Counted from the first letter of the stretch, positions 9,040-17,181 are shown. The stretch: DNA of 23,262 nucleotides from Fibrobacterota bacterium (GCA_043753995.1 JAYUVP010000070.1:1-23262), one strand, 5' to 3'. The notes: generated by a model not told the origin, from the sequence alone. Made by a program: numbers and translations.

Positions 9040-9068
9040 TTGTCCCCCGGCCAATCCCTTGCTATTAT
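9040..9068 (+). promoter_or_regulatory. Putative tRNA-Met promoter
   Basis: TTGTCC-N17-TATTAT with extended -10 TG and a GC-rich discriminator (TGCCCC), 22 nt before the tRNA. Confidence 0.6.
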
Positions 9069-9090
9069 TGCCCCTCTTGCCGGGTTATGT

Positions 9091-9167
9091 GGCGCCTTAG
9101 CTCAGTTGGTTAGAGCAGTGGAATCATAATCCATTTGTCCGGGGTTCAAATCCCTGAGGCGCTACCA
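9091..9167 (+). tRNA. tRNA-Met(CAT), probably elongator
   Basis: Cloverleaf GGCGCCT-TA-GCTC AGTTGGTTA GAGC-A-GTGGA ATCATAA TCCAT-TTGTC-CGGGG TTCAAAT CCCTG-AGGCGCT-A-CCA. It lacks the initiator hallmarks (C1:A72 mismatch, three G-C anticodon pairs). Ile2 cannot be formally excluded. Confidence 0.95.
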
Positions 9168-9216
9168 CCCTTCCCCTGATTTACCCTCCCAACTGAATAA
9201 GAACGCCCATTATTCT

Positions 9217-9960
9217 TTACGGAAGCCTTTTTGCCTTCTTCAATAAATGCTCATCTAACCAATTCGGAACAGCTTCAACCTTCAAGTCGATTTTTTTGCC
9301 GTCAGTGACTTCGGCAAGAAGCAAGGCTGGTTTATCTGCACTTGAATTGTCGAAAAGGAAGGCCCTTTCAGTTTCAAGAATACAAGGCAATAAGTTTTCA
9401 AGTGACCGAATATAACGGCTCCTTATTTTATCCTCAGGGACATTATGGCCCCCTTCCTGAACCCTTTGTCTAACTCGCCTGATATTGATTTCAGGGTCTT
9501 CCGTCGCAATGAAGTACAAGTACCTTCGCGCACCGACCCTGCCATATTCTCTCATGGCTTCCACTTTATCGAGTGACGACATGACGGTTTCAAAAGTGAA
9601 GGAAGTCTGGTTTTGGATTAACCGATTTCGAAGAATGGAGGTTAATGCCGATGCCAGGTAAGACTGTACGGAATAGCCCGGGAAGGACAAGAAATTATTC
9701 CGAATTTCAATTTGATCTTGGCGAGGAATGCAATCATGCTTTTGAAGCAAGGACGAAATTGCGAGGGCCTGAAAAATTTCCGCTTGACTCATCGGAATCA
9801 ATGAGGATTCAAGACTTAGGCCACCTTGAGCGCCAAGCGCCTGCTCTATTTCATCGGGATTGAGATAAACTCCTAGCCAATCCGGCTTAAGAAGTCTCTT
9901 GATCGTGCTTTTACCCGAACCATTTGGCCCGGCAATCATTCGAATCCGAAATGGTGGCAT
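9217..9960 (-). CDS. Zeta-toxin-like P-loop kinase/ATPase (COG4185-like)
   Basis: IAGPNGSGKST Walker A, YLNPDEI, SFTFETVMS, LYFIATEDPEINIRRVRQRVQEGGHNVPEDKIRSRY.RS, FDNS. The ATG overlaps the upstream TGA (TGATG); GTG 9963 is an alternative start. Confidence 0.88.
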   Translation of the reverse strand: MPPFRIRMIAGPNGSGKSTIKRLLKPDWLGVYLNPDEIEQALGAQGGLSLESSLIPMSQAEIFQALAISSLLQKHDCIPRQDQIEIRNNFLSFPGYSVQSYLASALTSILRNRLIQNQTSFTFETVMSSLDKVEAMREYGRVGARRYLYFIATEDPEINIRRVRQRVQEGGHNVPEDKIRSRYIRSLENLLPCILETERAFLFDNSSADKPALLLAEVTDGKKIDLKVEAVPNWLDEHLLKKAKRLP

Positions 9961-10208
9961 CACGGAATTTGAAATGACGTTCCCATCGGATACTTAGCCG
10001 GGGACGCAAGCGCCTTGATAGGCCGCTTATTGCCCTTAGAATCCAATTCCCAAAGGAATTGTTCACCCGATTCGTTTGCACCTGAGACCAAGACGCTGCC
10101 CATGGTCAAGGCTTTAGCTTGGGCCTCTACTACAGCTCGAAGCATGTCTTGAAGAACCCTAGGCTCTAACCCATCAGAACCGGCATTTGACTGAAAGACA
10201 TCGGCCAT
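9960..10208 (-). CDS. Small hypothetical protein (82 aa), candidate antitoxin/partner
   Basis: Good SD (AAGGAAGAGG), and the stop overlaps the start of the P-loop gene. The partner role is inferred from position only. Confidence 0.7.
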   Translation of the reverse strand: MADVFQSNAGSDGLEPRVLQDMLRAVVEAQAKALTMGSVLVSGANESGEQFLWELDSKGNKRPIKALASPAKYPMGTSFQIP

Positions 10209-10225
10209 GGTAAAACCTCTTCCTT

Positions 10226-10255
10226 AATATAGGCCAAGGCCAGACCTAAAAGCAA
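10226..10255 (-). promoter_or_regulatory. Putative promoter of the islet operon
   Basis: TTGCTT-N18-TATATT just upstream of the SD; GGGAATTCCC palindrome nearby at 10266-10275. Confidence 0.4.
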
Positions 10256-10291
10256 ACCGTCAAACGGGAATTCCCCTGAATGAGGCAAAAT

Positions 10292-10322
10292 CGGGGTTCA
10301 AATCCCTGAGGCGCTACCACCC
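10292..10322 (+). repeat. att-like duplicate of the tRNA-Met 3' end
   Basis: CGGGGTTCAAATCCCTGAGGCGCTACCACCC is identical to 9140-9170 and extends to 37 bp with one mismatch. Confidence 0.95.
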
Positions 10323-11086
10323 CTCCCCGCAGCCAATTCCTCTTTCGCCTTCTTCGTCAGCTTCTTGATGGCGTGCTCGCGCTTCAAGGCTGCGCCAAAG
10401 GCTCCGACTATTTCCTGGTACACCACCTTCACCGGTAGCCCGAGCGCACGCAAGCTTTTGGATCCCTTGCCCTGATTGTGTACGGCTATGCGCTTGGCCA
10501 CGTCCTTGGCGATGCCAGTATAAAGCGCGCCATTGCCAGCCCGTGCCATATAGACATTCCAGGCCGCATCGGGCTCTATCGCGCTAGCGCTTTTCTTCGG
10601 CTTCGCCTTTGCTTTTGCTTTCGCCGCCGGTTCCAGACGAAGCTGCAACTCGGTGACATTATCGGGATGGGTCAAGCCATACATCTTGTGATAAATTTCT
10701 CGACTCTCTTTGGAAATAGAAAGCCCACGCTTTTCTGCCTCCGCATAAAGTTCCTGCCAGGCGGGAAATAAGGCGTCAACCGGGCCCCGGACTTCGGCTG
10801 ATAAGCATGTCCATTTCGGCTCTGGGCGCACAGCAAAAGGCGGTTTGGCGCGCGCGCCTTTTTTCAAAGGAAAGCCGGTGCGTAATAGAACCCGTTTCGG
10901 CCCAAGCATTGCATAGGACCACACCAGCGGCCCCGAAATCGCAAGGGCGCCTTTTGCCAAATGCGCTTCCAAACCGGCCATCATTTTGCGGCCGGTCACT
11001 GGGATTTTAGCGAGAGTGGTGGTTTTTTCCGCGTAGAAGAAATGGAAAGCGACTGTGTTTTTGCGGCGGATTTTTCGGAGCAGCAT
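10298..11086 (-). CDS. Fusion of a GyrI-like small-molecule-binding domain and a GIY-YIG (UPF0213/YhbQ-like) nuclease
   Basis: C-terminus WNVYMAR..NGALYTG.AKD...R...HNQGKG...PVKVVYQE......ALKRE..IKKL. N-terminus FFYAEKTTT...SGPLVWSY...GFP...VRGPVDALFPAWQEL...GL....SREIY....DNVTELQ. AK-rich linker between them. ATG 11086 has an AGGGG SD; start uncertain. Confidence 0.8.
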   Translation of the reverse strand: MLLRKIRRKNTVAFHFFYAEKTTTLAKIPVTGRKMMAGLEAHLAKGALAISGPLVWSYAMLGPKRVLLRTGFPLKKGARAKPPFAVRPEPKWTCLSAEVRGPVDALFPAWQELYAEAEKRGLSISKESREIYHKMYGLTHPDNVTELQLRLEPAAKAKAKAKPKKSASAIEPDAAWNVYMARAGNGALYTGIAKDVAKRIAVHNQGKGSKSLRALGLPVKVVYQEIVGAFGAALKREHAIKKLTKKAKEELAAGRGGSASGI

Positions 11087-12347
11087 GCAATTTCCCCTGG
11101 GCGTCGAAGAAAAGAATAGTTGTCGCTTCGCCCCCATCCCATTGCCGCGCCGACTGGTTTTTCGGGAGATGCACATTCACGCCTGACCGCCCAGTGACCG
11201 TAGCCGTCAGGGTACCGTAACCGAGCTGATCATAGCCACCGCTATTGGGACCATAATCCCCACCTCCGCCTTCGGGCCTCAACTTGGCGGCATAGGCCTG
11301 GCAATACGGGGCGGAAAGGCCGCGACGATTGACATAGTGGTTGTAAACCAGCTCCCAGGTAGGACGAGGGCCGGCACGGCCAACGGCCGAAATAGTGTCT
11401 TGCCGCACGGGATCGCAGTTGGCATAGGGTTGATAAGGCACGCTATCGCCGAGATTGTATTTGGCCACGTATTCGCAGCCTTTCAAGAAGCGATTGTCGT
11501 CATAGCCATAAAGATCATCGCCTTGATTCCAGGCCATTTCGCAAAAGGCCCCGAGCAAGGCCGGTCCCAGCAGGGCATGGCCCTGATCGCGTCCGCTTTC
11601 TTGCCATTGCCCTAAGCCTCCGGGATGCAAGTGCCAGACGACATTGCCGATGGATCCATTGCCGGCCCCGTGCTTGAAATATTCGACGGCTTCATCGTAG
11701 ATCTCGTGATTGTCGCAGAGTATGCCGATGCTAATCATCGAGGCCATATTGCATAAATCCCAATTGGCCCAATAATGACTGATGCAGGAGCCATTGTGCT
11801 TGGTTAGAAAGTCGTGATTGAGAGGATAAAACACCGTCATCATCATGCTTTTAAAGCGCTCGAAATCCTCGCGACGCCAACCGGAATAGCCCCGCAAGAG
11901 TTCGGCGGCATTGGCGATTTGATAGCCGTAAATGCCGGCGGCGAGAAATTTGTCGGTGCTGCCGTCGATTTTCTTGAGTCTGGCCGACCAGGCATTGAGA
12001 ATAGCCACGCCTGCACGGGCATACGCCGTGTCACCGGAAATATGCCAGCGCAAGCCAAGGGCATAAGCAGCAGCAGCATCATTGTAGAGGCGACCATAAT
12101 TTTCCGGGCTGCCGGTGCCGCGATAGACCGTGTCGACAGGTTTGGCGGTATAAGTACTATCAGAATGAGAGTTAGCGATGAGACGCTTCCAACCCGATAG
12201 CCATGGCTCGGCCTGGGTGGCCACGCTATCGTGCATGCGCTGGAGATCGGCTTGACTATGCAGCATGCCAGGATGCTGTGAGGTGTGCGCGCCCGCCAAA
12301 AAAGGCAGGCTCAGCCAAAGCAGCCGAGCCTGAAGGGGAAAAGTCAT
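11007..12347 (-). CDS. Secreted alginate-lyase-family (PF05426-like) polysaccharide lyase
   Basis: Signal peptide, HPGMLHSQADL, EPW..GW, DAAAAYALGLRW.ISGD..YA....ILNAW, ANWD, GQWQESGRDQGH, basic C-terminal tail. Substrate not determinable from sequence. Confidence 0.85.
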   Translation of the reverse strand: MTFPLQARLLWLSLPFLAGAHTSQHPGMLHSQADLQRMHDSVATQAEPWLSGWKRLIANSHSDSTYTAKPVDTVYRGTGSPENYGRLYNDAAAAYALGLRWHISGDTAYARAGVAILNAWSARLKKIDGSTDKFLAAGIYGYQIANAAELLRGYSGWRREDFERFKSMMMTVFYPLNHDFLTKHNGSCISHYWANWDLCNMASMISIGILCDNHEIYDEAVEYFKHGAGNGSIGNVVWHLHPGGLGQWQESGRDQGHALLGPALLGAFCEMAWNQGDDLYGYDDNRFLKGCEYVAKYNLGDSVPYQPYANCDPVRQDTISAVGRAGPRPTWELVYNHYVNRRGLSAPYCQAYAAKLRPEGGGGDYGPNSGGYDQLGYGTLTATVTGRSGVNVHLPKNQSARQWDGGEATTILFFDAQGKLHAAPKNPPQKHSRFPFLLRGKNHHSR

Positions 12348-12366
12348 GTCTCGAATCTAGCACCCG

Positions 12367-12397
12367 GCCTGAGAAAAGTTTTGGCCTTTCCTCAGGC
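12367..12397 (-). terminator. 12-bp stem-loop downstream of the VIT gene (terminator-like or stabilising)
   Basis: GCCTGAGGAAAG-GCCAAAA-CTTTTCTCAGGC with one G-U pair; no U-tract. Confidence 0.45.
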
Positions 12398-12408
12398 GTA
12401 CCCAAGTT

Positions 12409-14943
12409 TTACCGTGCTGTATTGCCCAAATAGAGAGTTTGGACTTGCTTTAGTTTTCCGGCTCTGGCCATCACCACATACAAACCCTGTTGCTTAGGCG
12501 AGGTCCATGCGGCTTGATAACCATTGCCCTGACGCTTCCCTATTAAGGTCGCTACCACATGGCCGCGAAGGCTGACTATGATGAATTCGGCTTGGTCGGC
12601 TTGACCGACATTGGCCCAATTCAACTCGACTTGATTGCCCATGGAACGTGCCATGAGGGATGGCAAAACCGTTTTGTTGGCAACGGGACCCGGGAGAATC
12701 GGGACAAAGCCATTCAATATCGCTTCCAAGGTCACATTGTCCACCGAGCCTCCAGGCGCCGCGCCTGGCGACATGGCTGCATCGTTTGAGACGCGGCTTT
12801 CATTGGACGTCGCCGTGGTGGCGGTTTTCGAAGGCATTTCTGTCCAGAGATCCATGCCAGGCTCCAGGGCCAAGAGGCTCATTTGCCGATTCACGATGTG
12901 ATGATCTTTACCCAATTGCTGTATGGCCGCGACATGATTCCCGGTATAATCCCGGCCCAGCATTTCGCTGCGTTGCAAGGCCCAAATGCCAGCTCCCAGA
13001 GCCGTGCTGCTGGCAGAGGAAGGCAAGTCGACGGTGTATTCGGTCAGGAAAGGAAGGCCTCCCCAGAGTCCGGAAATTTTCAGCGTCACTTTGCCGCTAC
13101 CTTGGTATTGCCCGGATATGCGCAGCGGAATGGAGTCGGGTGAGGTGTAACGGTAAGGCGCTATCGAGGATGATTTTTTCTCGAGGGCCATCATATCGAC
13201 TGTAATACCGCCACGGCCATAGTAATAGGCATAGCCAGACTGCTGCAATATCGTCAGGTTTTGAATGGCATGACCCTGTGCATCGACTTTCAAGTTGGTG
13301 ATGGTATAAGTATCGGGGCGTCCCGGGCCAAATAAGGGAGGCAATTGCAAATTAGCGAAAGGATCTTGAACTGCCCCTCCGTCGGTGGCCATTGTTCTGC
13401 CGGCGTAGTAGTAGTAATAGCCATAGAGTCCGCCGATTTGAAAACCGCCGCTTGCCCTGGCCACATTGGCGAGTCGGTAATTATTCCAAAAGCCGAAGAG
13501 CATGGTTTTGGAAGCGCTCAACTCTTGGGCCAAGGCCGAGTCCTTGGCAGCCTCGGCTTGTTCATAGGCATTGTATTGGGCGTTAACGGCATCGGTCCAA
13601 ATGCCACCTGGCCAAGTGAAATAGTTCGCCGTGTCATTATTGATCAGATAAAGCAGGGCCGTATCGTCGGCACTACCGCGCGCTTGGGCGAAAGCGCGCA
13701 GGGTGGCCCGGGCATCGGATTTACTTGCGGGCTTCCATTCGCGCAAGGCCGAATAGGCCTTTTGCAATTGGACTGCATCCATGCTGACGGGTTTACCGAA
13801 GGCATAAGTAATAGTGCCCTTGCCGTCGGAAAATCCCAGGTTGGCGACATAGGGTGCCGCGCCATAGGCTTTCAGGGAGAGCAAGGCCACCTTGCGAGCG
13901 CGTTCCACCGCCACGCTGTCCTTGGTAGCACCGTTGATATCGAGAATGAAATGGCGCTCGGTCGGTTGATCGCCCAGGCGTAAATTTTTCGACTGCAGCA
14001 AGGCCTTCACGCCGAAATAGCTTGTGCTTGCTTTCTCCGCCGTCCAAGGGGTGAGGCAGGAAGTGCAATTCGTGGCGGCAATGGACAAAGTACCGGTTTT
14101 GATCTCTTTCACGTTTTTCACGGACAATTTGAGGGGAGTCGCGCTCACCTTGCCTGAAACCAAGCCTGCCCAATCCAGGTCATAGGTTTTGCCGTCGACG
14201 GAGACGATTTCCACATTGACTTGGCCAATGACGCGAAACGGCACCGTGTCATAATTAATGGCCTGGACCTGGTAAGGAATGGTCACTTGCATTGGCGTTT
14301 GGGAAACGGGCAAGCGCGTGAGCAGACGCGAGACTTCGTTTTCCATGCCTTGCACGAATTCGATTTGGATCTTGCGCGCCGCATCACTCTCATTCGGGAA
14401 AATGCGCATGTTATAAGAGCCATTGCCCCAGGTTTCAATCAAGGCCGGGTCGCGGCGCCTTTGCACTATGCTTTCATATTGCGCCGAAGCCAGAGCCCGT
14501 TCTTGCAAGGCCGCCTTGACCTTGGTGTCCCCTACCCACAAATACATGTCGCTGATGACGGAATTGTCTTCCAGCTGAAACGAAGCCGAGGTCTCCAAAC
14601 TATCGTAGGCCTTGGAGGCGACGTTCACATAATCGCATTGCTGGACGGCGCAAGCCTTCGACGCGGTATCACTTTCTTTTAGGCATATGTCCAGATTGGG
14701 CGTGCACCGGTATTCCGAAGTGACTCCCTTTTCAGGTTTGTATTCCACCGTAGCGCGAGTCGTGACCACACCGCGATTCACTTCGATATGCAAATCGAGA
14801 GTTTGAATGCTGGTATTGATCGAAGCCCAGGGCTGGCCCGTCTTCACGGTTTGCGTGTAAAAGTTCGACATATCCATTTGCGCCAAAGCGGCGCAGGGCA
14901 GGCACAAGGCCAGTCCGGTCCCGAGGTAAAGCCAAGGTTTCAT
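12409..14943 (-). CDS. Secreted VIT-domain protein with a degenerate vWA-like region and a C-terminal sorting-like domain
   Basis: Signal peptide (ALA-Q), VIT motifs LETSASFQL....ISDMYLWVG...A...YESIV.RRRDPALI......YNMRIFP, IT-like C-terminal GKDHHIVNRQMSLLALE, tail IVSLRGHVVATL...W....QGLYVV. Confidence 0.8.
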   Translation of the reverse strand: MKPWLYLGTGLALCLPCAALAQMDMSNFYTQTVKTGQPWASINTSIQTLDLHIEVNRGVVTTRATVEYKPEKGVTSEYRCTPNLDICLKESDTASKACAVQQCDYVNVASKAYDSLETSASFQLEDNSVISDMYLWVGDTKVKAALQERALASAQYESIVQRRRDPALIETWGNGSYNMRIFPNESDAARKIQIEFVQGMENEVSRLLTRLPVSQTPMQVTIPYQVQAINYDTVPFRVIGQVNVEIVSVDGKTYDLDWAGLVSGKVSATPLKLSVKNVKEIKTGTLSIAATNCTSCLTPWTAEKASTSYFGVKALLQSKNLRLGDQPTERHFILDINGATKDSVAVERARKVALLSLKAYGAAPYVANLGFSDGKGTITYAFGKPVSMDAVQLQKAYSALREWKPASKSDARATLRAFAQARGSADDTALLYLINNDTANYFTWPGGIWTDAVNAQYNAYEQAEAAKDSALAQELSASKTMLFGFWNNYRLANVARASGGFQIGGLYGYYYYYAGRTMATDGGAVQDPFANLQLPPLFGPGRPDTYTITNLKVDAQGHAIQNLTILQQSGYAYYYGRGGITVDMMALEKKSSSIAPYRYTSPDSIPLRISGQYQGSGKVTLKISGLWGGLPFLTEYTVDLPSSASSTALGAGIWALQRSEMLGRDYTGNHVAAIQQLGKDHHIVNRQMSLLALEPGMDLWTEMPSKTATTATSNESRVSNDAAMSPGAAPGGSVDNVTLEAILNGFVPILPGPVANKTVLPSLMARSMGNQVELNWANVGQADQAEFIIVSLRGHVVATLIGKRQGNGYQAAWTSPKQQGLYVVMARAGKLKQVQTLYLGNTAR

Positions 14944-14981
14944 GGGAACTCCAGAAGGGGTAGGTTTGGGTTACTGGTCAA

Positions 14982-15010
14982 AGTGTAGCGTAGATATATA
15001 TCATTTGCAA
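14982..15010 (-). promoter_or_regulatory. Putative sigma70 promoter of the VIT gene
   Basis: TTGCAA-N17-TACACT in an AT-rich region; GGAG SD before ATG 14943. Confidence 0.6.
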
Positions 15011-15332
15011 GTGGATATATTCCATTCAATGACTTTAAATGCGATTTAAAGCTGATTTTCGTAGTGTGTTATTTCGAATTTATTTCAGAAAACCCGCAAA
15101 TCGAGGCAAAAAGGCCACCAGATAGGCTGAAGCCCGCCCGGGGTCAGATGGGGGAGGAAAAGGAAAGGCGAAGATTGAACTGTGAAATAGGGGAAGATCG
15201 ATGCGCGAAGAAGACACAAGCCGCATCCAAAGGAGACTTGGAGTTGGCACTAAAGCGAATGCGAGATTGGCAGATAAGAATGGGAGACTAGAGGCGGGCG
15301 TCGAGTAATCCCACGGTTACCCCCCGCAGCTC

Positions 15333-15749
15333 TTAACAACCGGCGGACTGAAGGGCAAAACCCAGAAAAACCACAGCAGTAGCTATTAGCCCGGCAAAGG
15401 CTACAGCCGTGGTGGTCAGGATGCGCTCAACCACTCTCGATTCATGCTCATAGCGAATACTGGCCACCTCTTGCTTGGCGACCGCGGTGTCGGTGGAACC
15501 GATGCCATCCTTGGCAAAAGAAAGGGTATCCCCTCGCGCTTGCAAGGCTTGAGTCACAAAGGTTTCACCATTGTTCATGGAAATGAAATAGGCGTCACTG
15601 CCATCGGTCGTGCGAACAAAATCGCGGGAATCATGCAGGGGAATAGATCGGGAGCCCGCACATGCCGTCAGGCAAAGAGTGAGGCACAATAAGCCACGGA
15701 AAATCGAAGTCGGCTTCCTGAATTTCTTGCGGGGCGTTCTCATATCCAT
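15333..15749 (-). CDS. Hypothetical lipoprotein with a C-terminal TM helix
   Basis: Basic N-terminus, lipobox LTA-C, small beta domain, hydrophobic C-terminal helix. Start at 15749 or 15743. Confidence 0.65.
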   Translation of the reverse strand: MDMRTPRKKFRKPTSIFRGLLCLTLCLTACAGSRSIPLHDSRDFVRTTDGSDAYFISMNNGETFVTQALQARGDTLSFAKDGIGSTDTAVAKQEVASIRYEHESRVVERILTTTAVAFAGLIATAVVFLGFALQSAGC

Positions 15750-15827
15750 GAGACGACGCGGGCATGGACGCGGTTACTCCGTTTTCCTCAAGCGCGCGAG
15801 ACCAGAATTTGATTTTTTGAGACGCCC

Positions 15828-17081
15828 TCAATCTTCGGCGCGATTCTTGTTCTTCTCTTCTATCCAGCGGGCCATGAATTCGGTGCTGCGCAAGGTATGG
15901 TATCGCAAAAGCGAGCCCAGAAAATTACGGCTGCGGTGGTCTTCCAGATTTTCACATAGCGCAATAAGGGTGAGAATCCATTCGCCTTCAAAGAGATGGG
16001 CCGCATTGCGAGCATTCACAATGGCCACGCCTCTTTGCTGGGCTTCACTCCATTGCAAGGGGCTGTCATGCAATTCGACGGCGCGGGTCGCGAAATCTTC
16101 CGGGCTATCGGCGATGGCTCCACTCCAAGGCCATTCGCCGTGCATGCCTTCGGCACCGAGGGTCGTGGTCACGCTGGGCGTGCCGCATTGCATGGCTTCT
16201 AATAATTTGCCTTTCACACCCGCGCCGAAACGCAGCGGGGCCAGGCAAACGCGCGCCTGGGCAACGACGCTGCGCGCATCCTCGGCGCGTCCGCAAATAT
16301 GGAATCCCTCCTTGGGCTGATGCAATTGAAAAGCCTTGGGCGTAGGATATGCCCCGTAGATATGCAATTGCGCCTTGGGAGCCCGGGCGCGAATCAAGGG
16401 CCAAATCACTTGCTTTAAATACAATACCGCATCCCAATTGGGCTCATGCCAAAAATTGCCGATGAAGACGAAATCCTTTCGCGCTTCAAAGGGAAGCCAG
16501 GCCTTCACCGTCGCATCGACTAGCGGTGGAACCGTGAGCGGGAAATAATGCAAGAGCGCTGCTTCGATTTTGAATTCTCGCGACAGCAAATCCATTTCGA
16601 ATTCAGAAATGATGAGCGAAAGATCACAACGTAAGATGCTGGCGATTTCCCGCTTGGCCATATCCGACTGCAAATCTTGCTGGGATAGCGGACGACTTTT
16701 CTTGAGCGCTACTTGGCGTGCCTGCCGCAAAAAATGCAGATCGACCGTGTCCAAAATGCGCATGGCCTCAGGGCATTGCTCCGCCACACGCCAACCGAAT
16801 TGCTCTTCCATCATGAATCGATCGAAGAGAACCATTTGCGGCTGAAGCGAGGCAATGAAATCATCAAAGCTCGTATGATTGAGTTCAATGCGCTGCTTGC
16901 CAACGCCGATAGCAGCCAAGTCCACCCTAAATTCGCTATCGGCTGCCGGACTGGCGAAGGTCACCTCCCAGCCCTGGCTTTTGAACAAACGCAATAAGCC
17001 CAACATGCGCCCACCTGCCGCCGAAGAAGCAGGCTCGGGCCAGACATAGCCGATGACAAGAATTTTCAAACTATAACCCAT
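15828..17081 (-). CDS. Glycosyltransferase family 4 (GT-B) protein
   Basis: KILVIGYVWPEPASSAAG, FDRFMMEEQFGW, LDTVDLHFLR, FIGNFWHEPNWDA, LAPLRFGAGVKGKLLEAMQCGTPSVTT.LGAEG. GAGG SD before ATG 17081. Confidence 0.9.
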   Translation of the reverse strand: MGYSLKILVIGYVWPEPASSAAGGRMLGLLRLFKSQGWEVTFASPAADSEFRVDLAAIGVGKQRIELNHTSFDDFIASLQPQMVLFDRFMMEEQFGWRVAEQCPEAMRILDTVDLHFLRQARQVALKKSRPLSQQDLQSDMAKREIASILRCDLSLIISEFEMDLLSREFKIEAALLHYFPLTVPPLVDATVKAWLPFEARKDFVFIGNFWHEPNWDAVLYLKQVIWPLIRARAPKAQLHIYGAYPTPKAFQLHQPKEGFHICGRAEDARSVVAQARVCLAPLRFGAGVKGKLLEAMQCGTPSVTTTLGAEGMHGEWPWSGAIADSPEDFATRAVELHDSPLQWSEAQQRGVAIVNARNAAHLFEGEWILTLIALCENLEDHRSRNFLGSLLRYHTLRSTEFMARWIEEKNKNRAED

Positions 17082-17181
17082 GGGCGCCTCGGCATTGGCC
17101 CCAAGCGCCAACAAGTACTTTTAGGTCTCACCCAGAATGCAGAATTCATTGCACCAAAGATAGGCTTGAAGCTAAGGAATT

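Larger units (their letters stand above)
9140..10322. mobile_element. Integrase-less genomic islet inserted at the tRNA-Met 3' end
   Basis: Bounded by a perfect 31-bp direct repeat (9140-9170 / 10292-10322). Interior is AT-richer than the flank (9241-9300: 23/60 GC vs 10381-10440: 35/60). Contains two genes. Confidence 0.85.

Noticed and set aside
9195..9215. GAATAA-N9-TTATTC hairpin as a terminator for the tRNA or islet
   Set aside because: A 6-bp AT-rich stem is too weak to support the call.
10292..10319. Second tRNA gene
   Set aside because: Only the T-arm and 3' acceptor strand are present; this is the att duplicate.
9140..10322. CRISPR array or IS element as the source of the 31-bp repeat
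   Set aside because: Only two copies 1152 bp apart, identical to a tRNA end; no cas or transposase gene and no terminal inverted repeats.
10298..10570. GIY-YIG as a homing endonuclease or mobiliser of the islet
   Set aside because: It resembles the housekeeping UPF0213 type, has host-like GC and lies outside the repeats; nothing links it to islet mobility.
11087..11176. Longer N-terminus of the GyrI/GIY-YIG ORF
   Set aside because: It would overlap the lyase by 170 nt; ATG 11086 has an SD and fits the domain start better.
13405..13419. (GTA)n run as a phase-variable repeat
   Set aside because: A short trinucleotide repeat encoding poly-Tyr; slippage would not shift the frame.
15064..15291. 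75-aa + strand ORF in the large intergenic gap
   Set aside because: GTG start without an SD and no motifs; explained by the purine skew.
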